A stretch of 64,000 bases of DNA from an uncultured delta proteobacterium (GTDB taxonomy: Bacteria; Desulfobacterota; Binatia; UBA9968), in the NCBI GenBank assembly GCA_963771465.1, contig CAVYTU010000015.1:1120001-1184000 (forward strand), written 5' to 3'. The position numbers were made by a program, and so were the translations under genes. Under the pieces are notes generated by a model, which made no database searches, was not told where the DNA came from, and saw only the letters and a program-made list of their open reading frames with translations. Shown one piece after another: positions 50,904 to 60,999 of the stretch (positions are counted from its first letter, which is position 1; every line of letters starts with the position of its first letter).

Positions 50904-52118
50904 ATGGATTTTACCGTTAGTGCAGATCCACCCAGTGTAGTGGAGTTTAGAAAAGAGGTCGCCGCCTGGCTGGCCGCAGAGTTCAAAGGCCATGAGCACC
51001 TGCGCTGGTCGGCCTCCTGGTCGACGCGTGAAGATGCGGATGAATATAAATTCCGCCGCGGTCTGGCCGAAAAACTGGGCGTCAAGGGCTGGCTGTTTCC
51101 GTTGTATGAAAAAAAATACGGCGGCGCCGAATTGACGGTCGACCACCAAGTGGTGCTCGAAACCGAACTGTTCAAGTACGGTCTCAATCTCTCGCACACG
51201 TTTTACACTCTGGCACGCATCGTCGCGCCGGTGTTGATTCGCTGGGGCACCGAAGAGCAAAAAGCAGAATTTCTGCCGGCGATCACGCGCGCGCAAATCT
51301 GCGTCTGGCAGGTGCTCACCGAACCGCACGGCGGCAGCGATATTGCGAATTGTCAGACCAAAGCGATTCGCGACGGCGACGATTACGTCGTCAACGGCCA
51401 AAAGGTCATGGTCGGCCACCATCTGCCGCCGGATTTTCTCTGGACGCTGGTCTGTACCAATCCGCAAGGCAAACGCCACGAGAACCTCGCCTGGCTGCAT
51501 ATCCCCGCGAAACTGCCGGGCGTCACGATTCAACATATGAACATGATGATGGGCATCAAGAACGCGGTGTTCTTCGACAACGTGCGCGTCCCGGCGAAAT
51601 ATTTAATCGGCGGCGAGAACAACGGTTGGAAAGTCGCCAGCACCCACATGGAACTCGAACACGGCGGCGACGGAAGAATCGCCGCTGATCCGCTGTTCGA
51701 ACGGGTGGCCGAGTATTGCCTCAACAACCACATCGACGGCAAGCCGATCATGGCAGATCCGCGCGTGCGCGATCTGCTCGCCGACATGTTGATCGAATTG
51801 AACACCCTGCGCCGTTTCAACCAATTGATCTACTGGCGCCGCTTCGCTAAAAAGCCGCATCCCTACGGCGGCCCGCAGCAGCGTTACTATCAACGCATGT
51901 TGCGCTTGCGCAACGGCGAACGGTTACAGGCGATCATGGGCGCCGACGCCTTGGAGCAAAACTTGTCGGTGCACGAAGTGGTCGATTTCGAATACGCCGT
52001 GCGTACCGGTCCGGGCCAGCTACACGGCGGCGGCACCCTCGACACCGACCGGTTAATTTTCGCCCGTCGTCTCGGCCTCGGCCGTCCCAGCAAAGAGACC
52101 GCGCCGGAGACGCATTAA
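50904..52118 (+). CDS. Acyl-CoA dehydrogenase family protein
   Basis: TEPHGGSD, NGQK, VFFDNVRVP, GENNGW. Confidence 0.88.
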   Translation: MDFTVSADPPSVVEFRKEVAAWLAAEFKGHEHLRWSASWSTREDADEYKFRRGLAEKLGVKGWLFPLYEKKYGGAELTVDHQVVLETELFKYGLNLSHTFYTLARIVAPVLIRWGTEEQKAEFLPAITRAQICVWQVLTEPHGGSDIANCQTKAIRDGDDYVVNGQKVMVGHHLPPDFLWTLVCTNPQGKRHENLAWLHIPAKLPGVTIQHMNMMMGIKNAVFFDNVRVPAKYLIGGENNGWKVASTHMELEHGGDGRIAADPLFERVAEYCLNNHIDGKPIMADPRVRDLLADMLIELNTLRRFNQLIYWRRFAKKPHPYGGPQQRYYQRMLRLRNGERLQAIMGADALEQNLSVHEVVDFEYAVRTGPGQLHGGGTLDTDRLIFARRLGLGRPSKETAPETH

Positions 52119-52135
52119 TAGAAGTGACTCGATGC

Positions 52136-52180
52136 CTTAACGTTTTGAACGGCTTGAACGATTTGAACATTTTGAACGAA
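52136..52180. repeat. Degenerate 9-bp tandem repeat (TTGAACnnn)
   Basis: ttttgaacg gcttgaacg atttgaaca ttttgaacg. Confidence 0.75.
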
Positions 52181-52215
52181 ATGTTGCTGCACGTTCAAGC
52201 TGTAGGAGAATTGAG

Positions 52216-53337
52216 ATGGACCTAGCACTCACCGAAGATCAGGAGATGTTGAAAAAAGTCGCGGCGGATTTCGTCAAAGCCGAAGTTCCGGCGCACCAAA
52301 TGACCCAGTGGTATAAAAATAAACAAACCTTCCAACCGCAGGTGATCAAGAAAGCCGCCGAGCTGGGCTGGCTCGGCATGATGTTGCCGGAAGAATTCGG
52401 CGGCGCCGGCGTTTCAACCATGGACTGCGCCGTGGTGTTCGAAGAACTCGGCCGCGGCCCAGTGCCCGGCCCGCTGTTCACATCGGGAGTCTTGAGCGCT
52501 CAGATGATCTACGAAGCCGGTACCGATGCGCAACGAAAGGCGCTGCTACCACCGTTGTGCGCCGGCGCGTCGATTGTCGTGCCCGCGCTGGTGGACAAAG
52601 CCGCCTATTGGGGACCGCAGGCGGTCGAGACGCGACTAAGCAAGACTCCGAGCGGCTACTTGATGAGCGGCGCCAAGCGCTTTGTCTTCGACGCCCAAGC
52701 CGCCAGCCATTTTCTCTGCGCCGCGCGCACGGAAGAAGGCAAAGTGGTTTTCTTGCTGGTCGATGCGAAAAGCCCCGGTATCACGGTCACACCGCACATT
52801 GGCTTTTTTGTTTCCGTCGCCGAAGTGAAGTTCGACAAGGTCGTCGTTGGCACGGAGAATCTGCTGGGATCGAGCGGCGCCAGCTGGGCGACTTTGGAAG
52901 CGGCGTTGGACAAATCGCTGCCGATACTTTCGGCTTACCAAGTCGGCGCCACTCAGGAAGTGTTCGACATCACTTGTGAGTACACCAATTCACGTGTCGT
53001 CTTCGGCCAACCCATCGGCCGCTTCCAGCGCGTGCAAGATCACTGCGTCGATATCTCGATCAATCTCGACACCGCGCGCTGGGCGACCTACGAAGCGATC
53101 TGGCGTATCGACAGCGGCATGGACGCGCGTGCCGGCGTACACGAAGCCAAGGCGACCGCCAGCGAGGGCTACTATCACGGGACTAACTACGCGCACATGG
53201 TTTGGGCCGGACCCGGCACCGACTACGGCCACCCGATGATGGCGCACAGCGTGTTGGCGCACACGCTTTATCAGTATCTCGGCACGCCTGGGCATCATAA
53301 GCGGCTCATGATGGATGCGCTCTATCCGCGCGCTTAG
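52216..53337 (+). CDS. Acyl-CoA dehydrogenase family protein (short partner subunit)
   Basis: LTEDQEML, EELGR, GAKRFV, RVVFGQPIGRFQ. Confidence 0.85.
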   Translation: MDLALTEDQEMLKKVAADFVKAEVPAHQMTQWYKNKQTFQPQVIKKAAELGWLGMMLPEEFGGAGVSTMDCAVVFEELGRGPVPGPLFTSGVLSAQMIYEAGTDAQRKALLPPLCAGASIVVPALVDKAAYWGPQAVETRLSKTPSGYLMSGAKRFVFDAQAASHFLCAARTEEGKVVFLLVDAKSPGITVTPHIGFFVSVAEVKFDKVVVGTENLLGSSGASWATLEAALDKSLPILSAYQVGATQEVFDITCEYTNSRVVFGQPIGRFQRVQDHCVDISINLDTARWATYEAIWRIDSGMDARAGVHEAKATASEGYYHGTNYAHMVWAGPGTDYGHPMMAHSVLAHTLYQYLGTPGHHKRLMMDALYPRA

Positions 53338-53344
53338 AACTGAA

Positions 53345-53427
53345 TGGGTCGAGAATGGAGGATTGAGGATGGAAGATCGCGCTCTGTGATCCCAGCCATC
53401 CTCGATCCTCGATCATCAATCCTCGAC
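53345..53427. repeat. Degenerate 7-bp repeat tract in inverted arrangement (GAGGATx / ATCCTCx)
   Basis: gagaatg gaggatt gaggatg ... catcctc gatcctc gatcatc aatcctc; related tract at 37428-37465. Confidence 0.7.
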
Positions 53428-53431
53428 CACG

Positions 53432-53722
53432 CCGGTGGATTGGATCGAGACTTTCGATCCCATCGTGGTCACCATCAGCGGCATCGCACTTAGTTCCAAA
53501 GCGACAAATCCCAACACGGCCAAGCTGCTGATCAACTTCGCCACGTCGAGAAAAGGCCAAGAGATGATCCGCGAGATGCGCCGCATCCCGGCGCGCACCG
53601 ACGTCAAACCGGTGGCGGCGAAGATGGATCAAAGCAAACTCAAGTTGAAAGCCGTTCCCAAAGAGGTGTATTCAGGTCTCGACGAACATGCGCGCGAGTT
53701 CCGTAAAATATTTGGCATCTAA
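53432..53722 (+). pseudogene. C-terminal remnant of an extracellular solute-binding protein
   Basis: PVDW..., ATNPNTAKLLINF...GQ resembles the C-termini of SBPs at 57642-60898; no signal peptide or N-lobe. Confidence 0.65.
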
Positions 53723-53739
53723 CTAAAGGAGAGACAAAG

Positions 53740-54833
53740 ATGAAGCGGCACAGTTGGCGGCTGGCGGCGGCATTTTTGGCTTTTCGATTTTTTTCGAGAG
53801 CTACGGCGCGGCGCTCGCCGCCGAGAAACCTTCTCTCTATCAAGGCAAGACGCTCAACATCGTCATTAACTTCGCCGCCGGCGGGCCGACCGATATCGAA
53901 AGCCGGATTTTCGCCAAGCATTTATCCCGCCATATTCCGGGCAATCCGACGATTACAGTGCAAAACATGGGCGGCGGCGGCGGGATCACGGCCGCGAACT
54001 TTATCGGCGAAGTGGCTAAGCCGGACGGACTCACGGCGGCTTATTTCACCGGAAGCCTATTCCACCAGCAGCTCAAAGATCCTGGGTTGCGCGTCGATTT
54101 GAGCAAATTCGGATTCATCACCGGTGTGAACGGCGTTACCGTCTCCTACATTCGCGCCGACGTTGCACCGGGCATGAAAAAGCCCAGCGATTTTATCAAG
54201 GCACAAAAGTTTCGCGCCGCCGGACTCGGCGTGAGCAGCTCCAAGGACGTACGCTTTCGTCTGTCCTTCGATCTGCTCGGACTCAAGTACGATTACGTCA
54301 CCGGCTACAACAACAGCTCCGACGCGCGCCTCGCCGTGCAACGCGGCGAAGCGCAATATCACGATGAAACTCTTCCCAGTTACCGCACTCAGGTCGAGCC
54401 ACAAATGGTCAAAACCGGTATGGTCGTGCCGCTCTATTACACGGATCTGGTGGCGCCGAGCGGAGAAATATTGGTCAGCCGCGACGTGCCGGAGCTTTTG
54501 CCCTTCAGCTATTATTACCGAGAGCTGTTCGGCAAGCCGCCGTCGGGCATCAAATACGAAGCGCTCAAAGCCGCCAATATGTCGAGCACCAACATGACGC
54601 GGATGTTTTTGCTGCCGCCCAAAGCGCCGCCGGAGACGATCGCGATTCTGCGTAAGGCTTTCGAAGGGTTAGCGCGCGACCAGGATTTCTTGCAAGACGC
54701 CATCGGCGTCATGCGCTTTCAGCCGCGCTTCGAAGTCGGCGAAGCCGGCGAGAGGTTGTTTCAACGAGCATCAACGACATCCCCCGACGTGGTCAATTTT
54801 CTCCGCAAGTTCATTGAGGAAGCGAATAAATAG
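53740..54833 (+). CDS. TctC/Bug-like tripartite tricarboxylate transporter receptor, frameshifted in T-runs at ~53781-53794
   Basis: AAGGAG RBS before ATG 53740; YQGKT, AGGPTD, HIPGNPTITVQNMGGGGG, KPDGLT in the shifted frame. Confidence 0.8.
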
Positions 54834-55134
54834 TTTTCGTCCAAGGCGCGCGGCGCCTTCAGATGGTTCGCCCAATAAAGCAACGCGTGGTGCCAGTCAC
54901 CACCGCGCCGCTGACTAACGTTCTTGATATATTCTGATCAACTCAGCAGCGAAGGTCTTGGGGGAAAAGGGTTTCTTGAAAACATGACAAGCGCCGAGGT
55001 CGATCAACTCGGCGCGCTCATCGGCAGTGAAAATGAAGGCGCCACACCGAAGCTCCGCCGAAGCTCGAACAGTCAGGAAAACGGCGATGGAGTCTCCTGG
55101 TCAATCTCCGAAGACTCCATCGCGGTTGACGACT

Positions 55135-56444
55135 CTAACGAACAGGCAGGGGCAGACCGGGAATGGTTAGCTCTTGGTCCATGCAAGAGATTTTCCCCAA
55201 CGGAATTGGACCATCTTGAACCGCTCCGCCATTGACTTCGCCAGCGCTGCGGGGCGAATTATCCCGCCTGTCCCCATCGGACATCGATGTGCAAAATACC
55301 TTGCCGCTCAGAACGGACTGGTTGGAAATTCCAGAATATGATTATTTCCCACCGATAAGTTTCCCGCGTTCCTGAGCCCAACTCCCGTCGGTGAGTTAAC
55401 TGGGGTGCGGAAAATTTCAATTACTTTTCTTTCCGCGGTAACCACGGCTACCGCATTGCGCTCATTGGCATCTACCCAGATATTCCCCTCTCGATCGAGA
55501 GCGATGCCGTCGCCACCCTCCAGAATCGGATGAGCGACAAAGATATTGCTGAGGCACAGTGTATTTGCCGTGAATGTGGTATCGCAGCCGGTTGGACTCT
55601 TGAGGCTTCCATTGTGGTCGAACTCTATTTTCCAGAGCGCTCCCCGAGCGGTATCTATATTGAAGAGATCGCCCTTCTTATTGAAGGCTAAACCGTTGGC
55701 CACAAGCGGCTGGGAACCCAATGTGTTGGCGGCATTGCGAGACGTCGGTGTCACCGTGATCGTGCCTAGCGGCAACGCACGGTTATCCCGCCCGACGCCA
55801 CCGATTCCATTGACATCAAGATTGACCTCGTTCGCCATTGGCTGGATGCGAAAGACCTCTTCACAATTAACCGCCGGCGTGGAACTGCAGTTCGCACCGG
55901 GGCCGGTGATCTTCCACACTCTGCCCCGCCCTGTCGTGCCATCGCTCGCCCAGAGGTTTCCCTTCACGTCGAAGGCAAGGCCGTTGGCGCCCGGCGTACC
56001 GGTGGCAAATGGCACGGTAACGATCGGTGGATTAACGGTGTTCGGCGTAAAGCTGTAGATTCTCTGCGCCCCTCCGTCGGCTACAAACAAATCGCCTATA
56101 TCGTTGAAAGCAATGCCGGCAAAACCGCAGTTTCCCGACGCAGGTCGAATGAATCCAACAGGGATCAAAGTTGGCTTATTAAGATTGATTTTCCAAACCG
56201 GGCAGTCCGGCGTTCCGGAACCCCCGGTATATAGATTACCGTGACTGTCACCGGTCAGTCCTTCAAGGGCGCGTGGGGTGGTGATCAGAGTTGTGAAAGT
56301 GGCATTTTGCGGCAACGACCTTCCATGATCGTCATTGTCTCCCCAAGCCGAGCTCTGCAGGCCTGGAACAATTTTAGGCGCGAACAAAAAAGAGGCAGCC
56401 GTAATGAGCAGAAACACTACTAGAGCAGTCGATCGTGACTTCAT
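55135..56444 (-). CDS. Secreted SMP-30/gluconolactonase-like beta-propeller protein, frameshifted near 55310-55314
   Basis: EGL, ANGLAFD, ANGLAFN, GDGIALD; after FPTSPF the shifted frame reads LSGKVFC...PGLPLPVR* to 55135. Confidence 0.72.
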
Positions 56445-56805
56445 AATTTATCCTCCGAGTTACGTCGTGTGCTATTTAACCTAATCGCATCGCCGCAACA
56501 AGCCGTGGAGTATCAGGCGATGAGAGTTGTCTTGAAAGCGTCGGCCAGCCCGCTGACGTTCCGGATCCCGCTTGGTGAGCAGCTCGAACCGCTCAGAGCA
56601 TGGCGTAATAACGGACTACGGATAGGCGATTAACTTAACGCAGCGATCTGCGGGGAGTTCGACCCGCGGAGATTGAAACAGTGAACCAGAACGCGCGCTC
56701 GCGATCGCCACCCGACGTGCTCCGCACATACGCGAGCGGCGGCGAGAAAGTCTAGACTTTCTCGCCGCCGCTCTCTCATCGGTTTCAAGTGACCCTTTCC
56801 GCGCG

Positions 56806-57404
56806 CTAGTCGCGATCTCGCTTCGTCTGAATTTGTCCGCGAATTTCGCCGGGTGTAAACGTCCTGAGTGCACATTCGCGTAGGTGGCTCCCGCGCGAAG
56901 CGCACGGACGATTTCATCGAACTCTCCAGCATCGATGCCCTGGGCGGTTTGCGCGAGCACCTGGGCTGCTACAATGGTCCCAGTCACTTTGCCGCTTCTA
57001 AGACCGGGACAGAAGGGCGTGGCAGCCGCGACTGCCGCTGGAGCGAGGGTCCCGGGAGTTTGGCACAGCCAAATTACGATGCCACCGACGGTGTGACGTT
57101 GGCCAAAATGAATATGGGACTGGGTGATGTCTGACTCAAGTCCCTCATAAGTAAGCTCGTAGCCGATCGTGCTGGTGGAATTGTCTAGCGTAGCCTTGAA
57201 CGATCCCTTTGCGACACTTGAGATCGCGCCACGTAGAGTCGCCGGCGGCCCGGCATTGAAATGAACCTCGTTGAAGCTTGAGAGCCGCGTCGAGAAACGT
57301 TCGTGACGGTTACCTTTATCTTTATCTTTATCGTCCGAGTAAACATTCCCGCTCGCCAATATTAAAATCCCCAACGCACAGGCTGCGGCCAATTTATTTT
57401 TCAT
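56806..57404 (-). CDS. Secreted CHRD-domain protein, frameshifted at ~56857-56859
   Basis: GAGGAGGAG RBS; SHIHFG, YANVHS; adding one base restores the CHRD signature PGEIRGQI. Confidence 0.8.
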
Positions 57405-57641
57405 GATACTCCTCCTCGAGTTTGTAGTAGTTGTTAATCTCACCTACACCAAAGTCCGGCCAGAGCGATACCAACTACGCAGACTTCCCGCAAGCCCCAT
57501 TTGGGTCAGTTGATTGCTTCCTCTTTTAGGCGCAACGGCTGCGCCGCGCATTGACTCACTTCAATTCACCGTGTTATCCGAGCGGGAGAGGTGCGCGTCG
57601 GTAGCAGGGTATACCGAGGAACGCCAAGGGAGACTGCCGAC

Positions 57642-58691
57642 TTGATTCATGCTGTATCCGTCCTATTGGGCGTATTGCTCCTCTTACCTAGTCAACTCAT
57701 CGCCCAGGCGCGCAAGCCGGCAACCATCTCTGAAATCTCCACCTACATGGGCGCCGATCGCGAGCAGCTGCTTTATACCGGCGCCAAGAGCGAAGGCGTG
57801 GTCAACTGGTACACCTCGCTGGCGGGCGACTCATACAAAGCGCTATCGCGCGCCTTCGAAGCGAAATACCCCGGCGTGCGCGTCGAAGCTTTTCGCGCCG
57901 GCGGCAGCGATCTGGTGACGCGCATGTCGGAGGAAACCAAAGCGCGCCGACCGACCATGGACGCGCTGGAAACCACCTACGATTTCATGATGGTGTCGAA
58001 AGCATATGGTTTGACTCGACCGTACAATTCACCAATGCTCGTCGCATACCCCAGTGAGTCGAAAGAAAAGGCCGACGCCGGGCTGACTTTCTGGACAATT
58101 TTTCGCGAGTCTTACATGGGCTTCGGTTTCAGCAAGGACCAAGTTCCGGCCAATGCAGTGCCGAAAGGTTTCGACGGCCTGCTCCATCCGCAGCTTAAAG
58201 ATAAAATGGGCATCACGCTCAACGAAAGCTCGACGCGCATGATCGGCGCGATAATAAAAATCAAAGGCGAAGCCTTCGTCAAAAAACTCAAGGCGCAAAG
58301 CATTCGTGTCTACACCGTCAGCAGCGCCGCGCTGGTCGATCTCATGGCGTCGGGCGAGCTCGGCGCGTCCTTTCACATCTACAGAAATCACGCCATGGTC
58401 TCGGCCGAACGCGGCTCGCCCGCAAGTTGGGTGCCGATGGAGTTGGTGCCGACCAACTCGGGGTGTGTCGCGCTCAGCGCTCAGCCGCCGCATTCGCACG
58501 CGGCGACCTTGTTGGTCGATTTCCTGCTCGGCGCCGAAGCGCGCAAGGTGTTGGAGAAATTCCAATACGGTCATCCGTCCAATAACCTGCCGTTCAAACG
58601 TTGGCACCCCGGCTTCGGCCGCACTCTCGAACAATTTGAGAAAGACAGCGAGAAGTGGGAAAAACTCGCTAAGGAAATCACCCAGCGCTGA
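57642..58691 (+). CDS. Extracellular solute-binding protein (Fe3+/thiamine-like cluster)
   Basis: GAKSEG, WYTSL, FEAKYPG, PPHSHAATLLVDFLL. Confidence 0.82.
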   Translation: MIHAVSVLLGVLLLLPSQLIAQARKPATISEISTYMGADREQLLYTGAKSEGVVNWYTSLAGDSYKALSRAFEAKYPGVRVEAFRAGGSDLVTRMSEETKARRPTMDALETTYDFMMVSKAYGLTRPYNSPMLVAYPSESKEKADAGLTFWTIFRESYMGFGFSKDQVPANAVPKGFDGLLHPQLKDKMGITLNESSTRMIGAIIKIKGEAFVKKLKAQSIRVYTVSSAALVDLMASGELGASFHIYRNHAMVSAERGSPASWVPMELVPTNSGCVALSAQPPHSHAATLLVDFLLGAEARKVLEKFQYGHPSNNLPFKRWHPGFGRTLEQFEKDSEKWEKLAKEITQR

Positions 58692-58714
58692 AAGCACCAA
58701 AGGAGACTGTCGCG

Positions 58715-59779
58715 ATGCTGTTTATAGTATTGGCCGTATCCGTCCTGTCAGTCGGATCAGTCCTATCGCCCACGCAGCTTCTCGCCCAAGCGCGCAAGCC
58801 GATGACGATCTCCGAGCTGGTCACTTACAACGCCAAGGACCGCGAGCAAGTCCTCTACTCAGGCGCCAAGGGCGAAGGCAAAGTGACCTGGTACACTTCC
58901 CTCGCCGGCGAGAGTTACAAAGGGATGGCGAAAGCCTTCGAGGGAAAATATCCCGGCGTCAAACTCGAAGCCTACCGCGTCTCCGGCTCCGAGATGACCG
59001 TTCGATTGATGGAGGAGTCCAAGGCCAGGCGTTACATCGCCGACACGGTGGAAACCACCGAAGGCAATTTGATGTTCATGCGCGACGCGTTTTTGCTCCG
59101 CCCCTATCACTCGCCGCACTTCGCTTCCTACCCCGAAGACGCCAAGGAAAAAGGCGAGCGCGGCTTGTACTTCTGGGGCATCGCGCGGGAGTCGTATATT
59201 GGCTTTGCGTACAACAAAAAATTGCTGTCGAAAAACGCCGTGCCGAAAAACTATGAAGGCCTGCTCCATCCCGAGCTCAAAGGCCGTATGGGCGTGTCGG
59301 TGAGCGATCCGGCTTTTAAAGTCATCGGCGCGATGATTCGCACCAAGGGACAAGAGTTCGTGAAAAAACTGAAAGTCCAAGAAATCGCCCTGCATACGAT
59401 CATCCCGCCGGCGCTCTTAGAATTGATCGCTTCCGGTGAAGTGCTGGCGTCGCCGGGGATTTTTCGCAACCACACGCTGAATGCGATCGCCAAAGGCGCG
59501 CCGGTGGAATGGCTGCCGATGGATATCGTGCCGACCAACGTCGGCGGCGCCGCCATCGCGGTCCAGCCGCCCCATCCGCACGGCGCGTTGCTCTTGGCGG
59601 ATTATCTCTTGGGACCGGAAGGCCAAGCCGTGCTGGAAAAGTTCGACTACGGCAGCGCGGCGAAAAATCTCGGCTTCAAACGCTGGCGTCCAGACCATGG
59701 CATCGCCACCGAGAAATACGAAAAAGATCTTGAACACTGGGAAAAGCTCCTGAAAGAAATCAGCCGCAAGGGCGCATAG
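58715..59779 (+). CDS. Extracellular solute-binding protein (tandem paralogue)
   Basis: Collinear with neighbours; GAPVEW, PPHPHGALL. Confidence 0.85.
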   Translation: MLFIVLAVSVLSVGSVLSPTQLLAQARKPMTISELVTYNAKDREQVLYSGAKGEGKVTWYTSLAGESYKGMAKAFEGKYPGVKLEAYRVSGSEMTVRLMEESKARRYIADTVETTEGNLMFMRDAFLLRPYHSPHFASYPEDAKEKGERGLYFWGIARESYIGFAYNKKLLSKNAVPKNYEGLLHPELKGRMGVSVSDPAFKVIGAMIRTKGQEFVKKLKVQEIALHTIIPPALLELIASGEVLASPGIFRNHTLNAIAKGAPVEWLPMDIVPTNVGGAAIAVQPPHPHGALLLADYLLGPEGQAVLEKFDYGSAAKNLGFKRWRPDHGIATEKYEKDLEHWEKLLKEISRKGA

Positions 59780-59842
59780 TCGTATCATCGCTTGTCAGCG
59801 CGACAATCACGCGATAAAAGTTTTTGCAGGAGACTCACATCG

Positions 59843-60898
59843 ATGCAACTATTGTTTTACGTTCTAGTTGTCCTATCAGCGCTATTCCCAAGCCAGCTCA
59901 TCGCCCAAGCGCGCAAATCGATGACGATCTCCGAGCTGGTCACTTACACCGGCAAAGACCGCGAGCAAGTGCTCTACACCGGCGCTAAGAGCGAAGGCAA
60001 AGTGACCTGGTATACATCCCTCGCCGGCGACTCGTACAAAGGCATGATCAAAGCCTTCGAGACGAAATATGCCGGCGTCAAAGTCGAAGCCTACCGCACC
60101 AACGGCGGCGACATCACCCAGCGCATGGTCGAAGAAGCGAAAGCCAGGCGGCAGATCGTCGATACCATCGAGACCACGGAACCCAACCTCATGTTTCAGC
60201 GCGATGCATTTCTGCTGCGGCCGTATCACTCGCCGCACTTCGCCGCCTATCCCGATGACGCCAAGCATAAAGGCGAACGCGGTTTATATTTCTGGGCGAC
60301 CGCTAGAGAATCCTATATCGGCTTTGCCTACAACAAAAATCTTTTGCCCAAGGAAGCGATTCCGAAAAACTACGAAGGTCTGCTCCACCCGGCGCTCAAA
60401 GGTAGAATGGGGCTCACCGTCGACGACACCAGCACCAAAGTCATCGCCGCGATTCTCAAGATCAAAGGACCCGAGCTGGTAAAGAAGTTGAAAGGCCAGG
60501 AGATCAGTCTACACACGATTATCCCGCCGGCGCTGCTTGAACTGATCGGTTCCGGCGAAGTCTTAGCCGGCGCCGCTATCTTTCGCAATCACGTCATCGT
60601 GGCCCAGCAAAAGGGCGCGCCGGTGGAGTGGGTGCCGATGGACATCGTGCCGACCAACGTCGGCGGCGCCGCCATCGCCGTGCAGCCGCCGCATCCCCAC
60701 GGCGCGCTGCTATTCGCGGATTATTTGCTCGGACCGGAAGGACAAGGAATCTTGGAAAAATATCACTACGGCAACGGCGCGAAAAACTACGGCTTTAAAA
60801 AATGGCGCCCTGAACACGGCATGCCGCTGGACAAGTACGAGAAGGAACTCGAACGCTGGGAAAAACTTCTTAAAGAAACCGGGCGTAGGGGCGCATAG
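59843..60898 (+). CDS. Extracellular solute-binding protein (tandem paralogue)
   Basis: AGGAGA RBS; highly similar to 58715-59779. Confidence 0.85.
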   Translation: MQLLFYVLVVLSALFPSQLIAQARKSMTISELVTYTGKDREQVLYTGAKSEGKVTWYTSLAGDSYKGMIKAFETKYAGVKVEAYRTNGGDITQRMVEEAKARRQIVDTIETTEPNLMFQRDAFLLRPYHSPHFAAYPDDAKHKGERGLYFWATARESYIGFAYNKNLLPKEAIPKNYEGLLHPALKGRMGLTVDDTSTKVIAAILKIKGPELVKKLKGQEISLHTIIPPALLELIGSGEVLAGAAIFRNHVIVAQQKGAPVEWVPMDIVPTNVGGAAIAVQPPHPHGALLFADYLLGPEGQGILEKYHYGNGAKNYGFKKWRPEHGMPLDKYEKELERWEKLLKETGRRGA

Positions 60899-60999
60899 TA
60901 ATTCTAAATCGGTTGGCAGAGGCGCCAGTCACCTATTACATTCGCGCCATTACAACTACACAACTTTCTTACTCAGGTCTTTTGCCGCGCGCCTCATGC

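Noticed and set aside
52136-52180. CRISPR array
   Set aside because: 9-bp units without spacers; no cas genes
54924-55235. 103-aa ORF on + strand
   Set aside because: No recognisable motif or RBS; overlaps the repaired 3' end of the beta-propeller gene on the opposite strand
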